Shown here piece by piece: positions 63,250 to 64,000 of a DNA stretch of 64,000 nt. Where the stretch lies: positions 407,712,001-407,776,000 of the forward strand of contig OZ024741.1 in NCBI GenBank assembly GCA_964016885.1. The letters are read 5' to 3'. A model generated the notes under the pieces. The model saw only the letters and a list, made by a program, of their open reading frames with translations. It was not told the origin of the DNA and ran no database searches. Numbering within the stretch: position 1 is the first letter of the stretch; every line of letters starts with the position of its first letter. The DNA is from Eledone cirrhosa. Taxonomy: Eukaryota. The position numbers and the translations under genes were made by a program.

Positions 63250-64000
63250 GGTGGTGTTGGTGGTAGCGTTGGTACTGGTGGTGTTGGTGGTAGTGTTGGT
63301 ACTGGTAGTGTTGTTGGTAGTGTTGGTACTGGTGGTGTTGTTGGTAGTGTTGGTACTGGTGGTGTTGGTGGTAGTGTTGGTACTGGTGGTGTTGGTGGTA
63401 GTGTTGGTACTGGTGGTGTTGGTGGTAGTGTTGGTACTGGTAGTGTTGTTGGTAGTGTTGGTATTGGTGGTGTTGGTGGTAGCGTTGGTACTGGTGGTGT
63501 TGGTGGTAGTGTTGGTACTGGTAGTCTTGTTGGTAGTGTTGGTATTGGTGGTGTTGGTGGTAGTGTTGGTACTGGTGGTGTTGGTGGTAGTGTTGGTACT
63601 GGTGGTGTTGGTGGTAGTGTTGGTACTGGTGGTGTTGGTGGTAGCGTTGGTACTGGTGGTGTTGGTGGTAGTGTTGGTACTGGTAGTGTTGTTGGTAGTG
63701 TTGGTACTGGTGGTGTTGGTGGTAGTGTTGGTACTGGTGGTGTTGGTGGTAGTGTTGGTACTGGTGGTGTTGGTGGTAGTGTTGGTAATGGTGGTGATGG
63801 TGGTAGTGTTGGTATTGGTGGTGTTGGTGGTAGTGTTGGTATTAGTGGTGTTGGTGGTAGCGTTGGTACTGGTGGTGTTGGTGGTAGTGTTGGTACTGGT
63901 AGTGTTGTTGGTAGTGTTGGTACTGGTGGTGTTGGTGGTAGTGTTGGTACTGGTGGTGTTGGTGGTGGTGTTGGTACTGATACTGGTGGTGTTGGTGGTA

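Larger units (their letters stand above)
1..64000 (+). repeat. Giant 27-bp tandem repeat array (consensus GGTGGTGTTGGTGGTAGTGTTGGTACT), truncated at both window edges
   Basis: Every line is the 27-mer or a point/indel variant of it (ACT/ATT, GAT, AAT, GGA, ACA; +GGTACT giving 33-bp units). The orientation never changes. The consensus has 13 G, 11 T, 2 A and 1 C. Confidence 0.99.

Noticed and set aside
1-64000. CRISPR array (27-bp repeat length)
   Set aside because: There are no unique spacers, no palindromic repeat, no leader and no cas genes. The monomers abut directly.
1-64000. Predominance of 3n-length indels (6, 12, 15 bp) as proof of coding selection
   Set aside because: Slippage in a triplet-periodic sequence gives 3n indels without selection, and non-3n indels have been freely amplified.
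1-64000. Telomerase-synthesised telomeric repeat
   Set aside because: Templated addition would give near-uniform units. The inherited variants and kb-scale duplications point to recombination or replication-based copying.

Overview
The whole 64 kb window is one uninterrupted, head-to-tail tandem repeat array that runs off both ends. The consensus monomer is 27 bp, GGTGGTGTTGGTGGTAGTGTTGGTACT (about 2,300-2,400 monomer equivalents), built from nine NNT triplets and probably derived from a (GGT)n microsatellite. I see no unique sequence, RNA gene, transposon, CRISPR array or recognisable protein domain. The many ORFs in the track are alternative readings of the same 27-mer: + GGVGGSVGT and VVLVVVLVL; - PTLPPTPPV, TNTTTNTTS and QHYHQHHQY. 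About 41 frame-changing indels, from only about 6-7 original events copied by duplication, break every frame, so a single intact CDS is not supported. The real structure is a nested higher-order organisation: variant monomers form recurring modules of a few hundred bp, duplicated at periods of 54, 60, 81, 135, 153, 188, 824, 2267, 2629, 3092, 3163, 3908 and 6889 bp, with different subfamilies at the left and right ends. The best call is a eukaryote-type mini/macrosatellite, possibly descended from (or a degenerate part of) a mucin/extensin-like coding VNTR. The source organism cannot be determined. I found no defensible evidence for a novel gene system. All counts and coordinates were read by eye.
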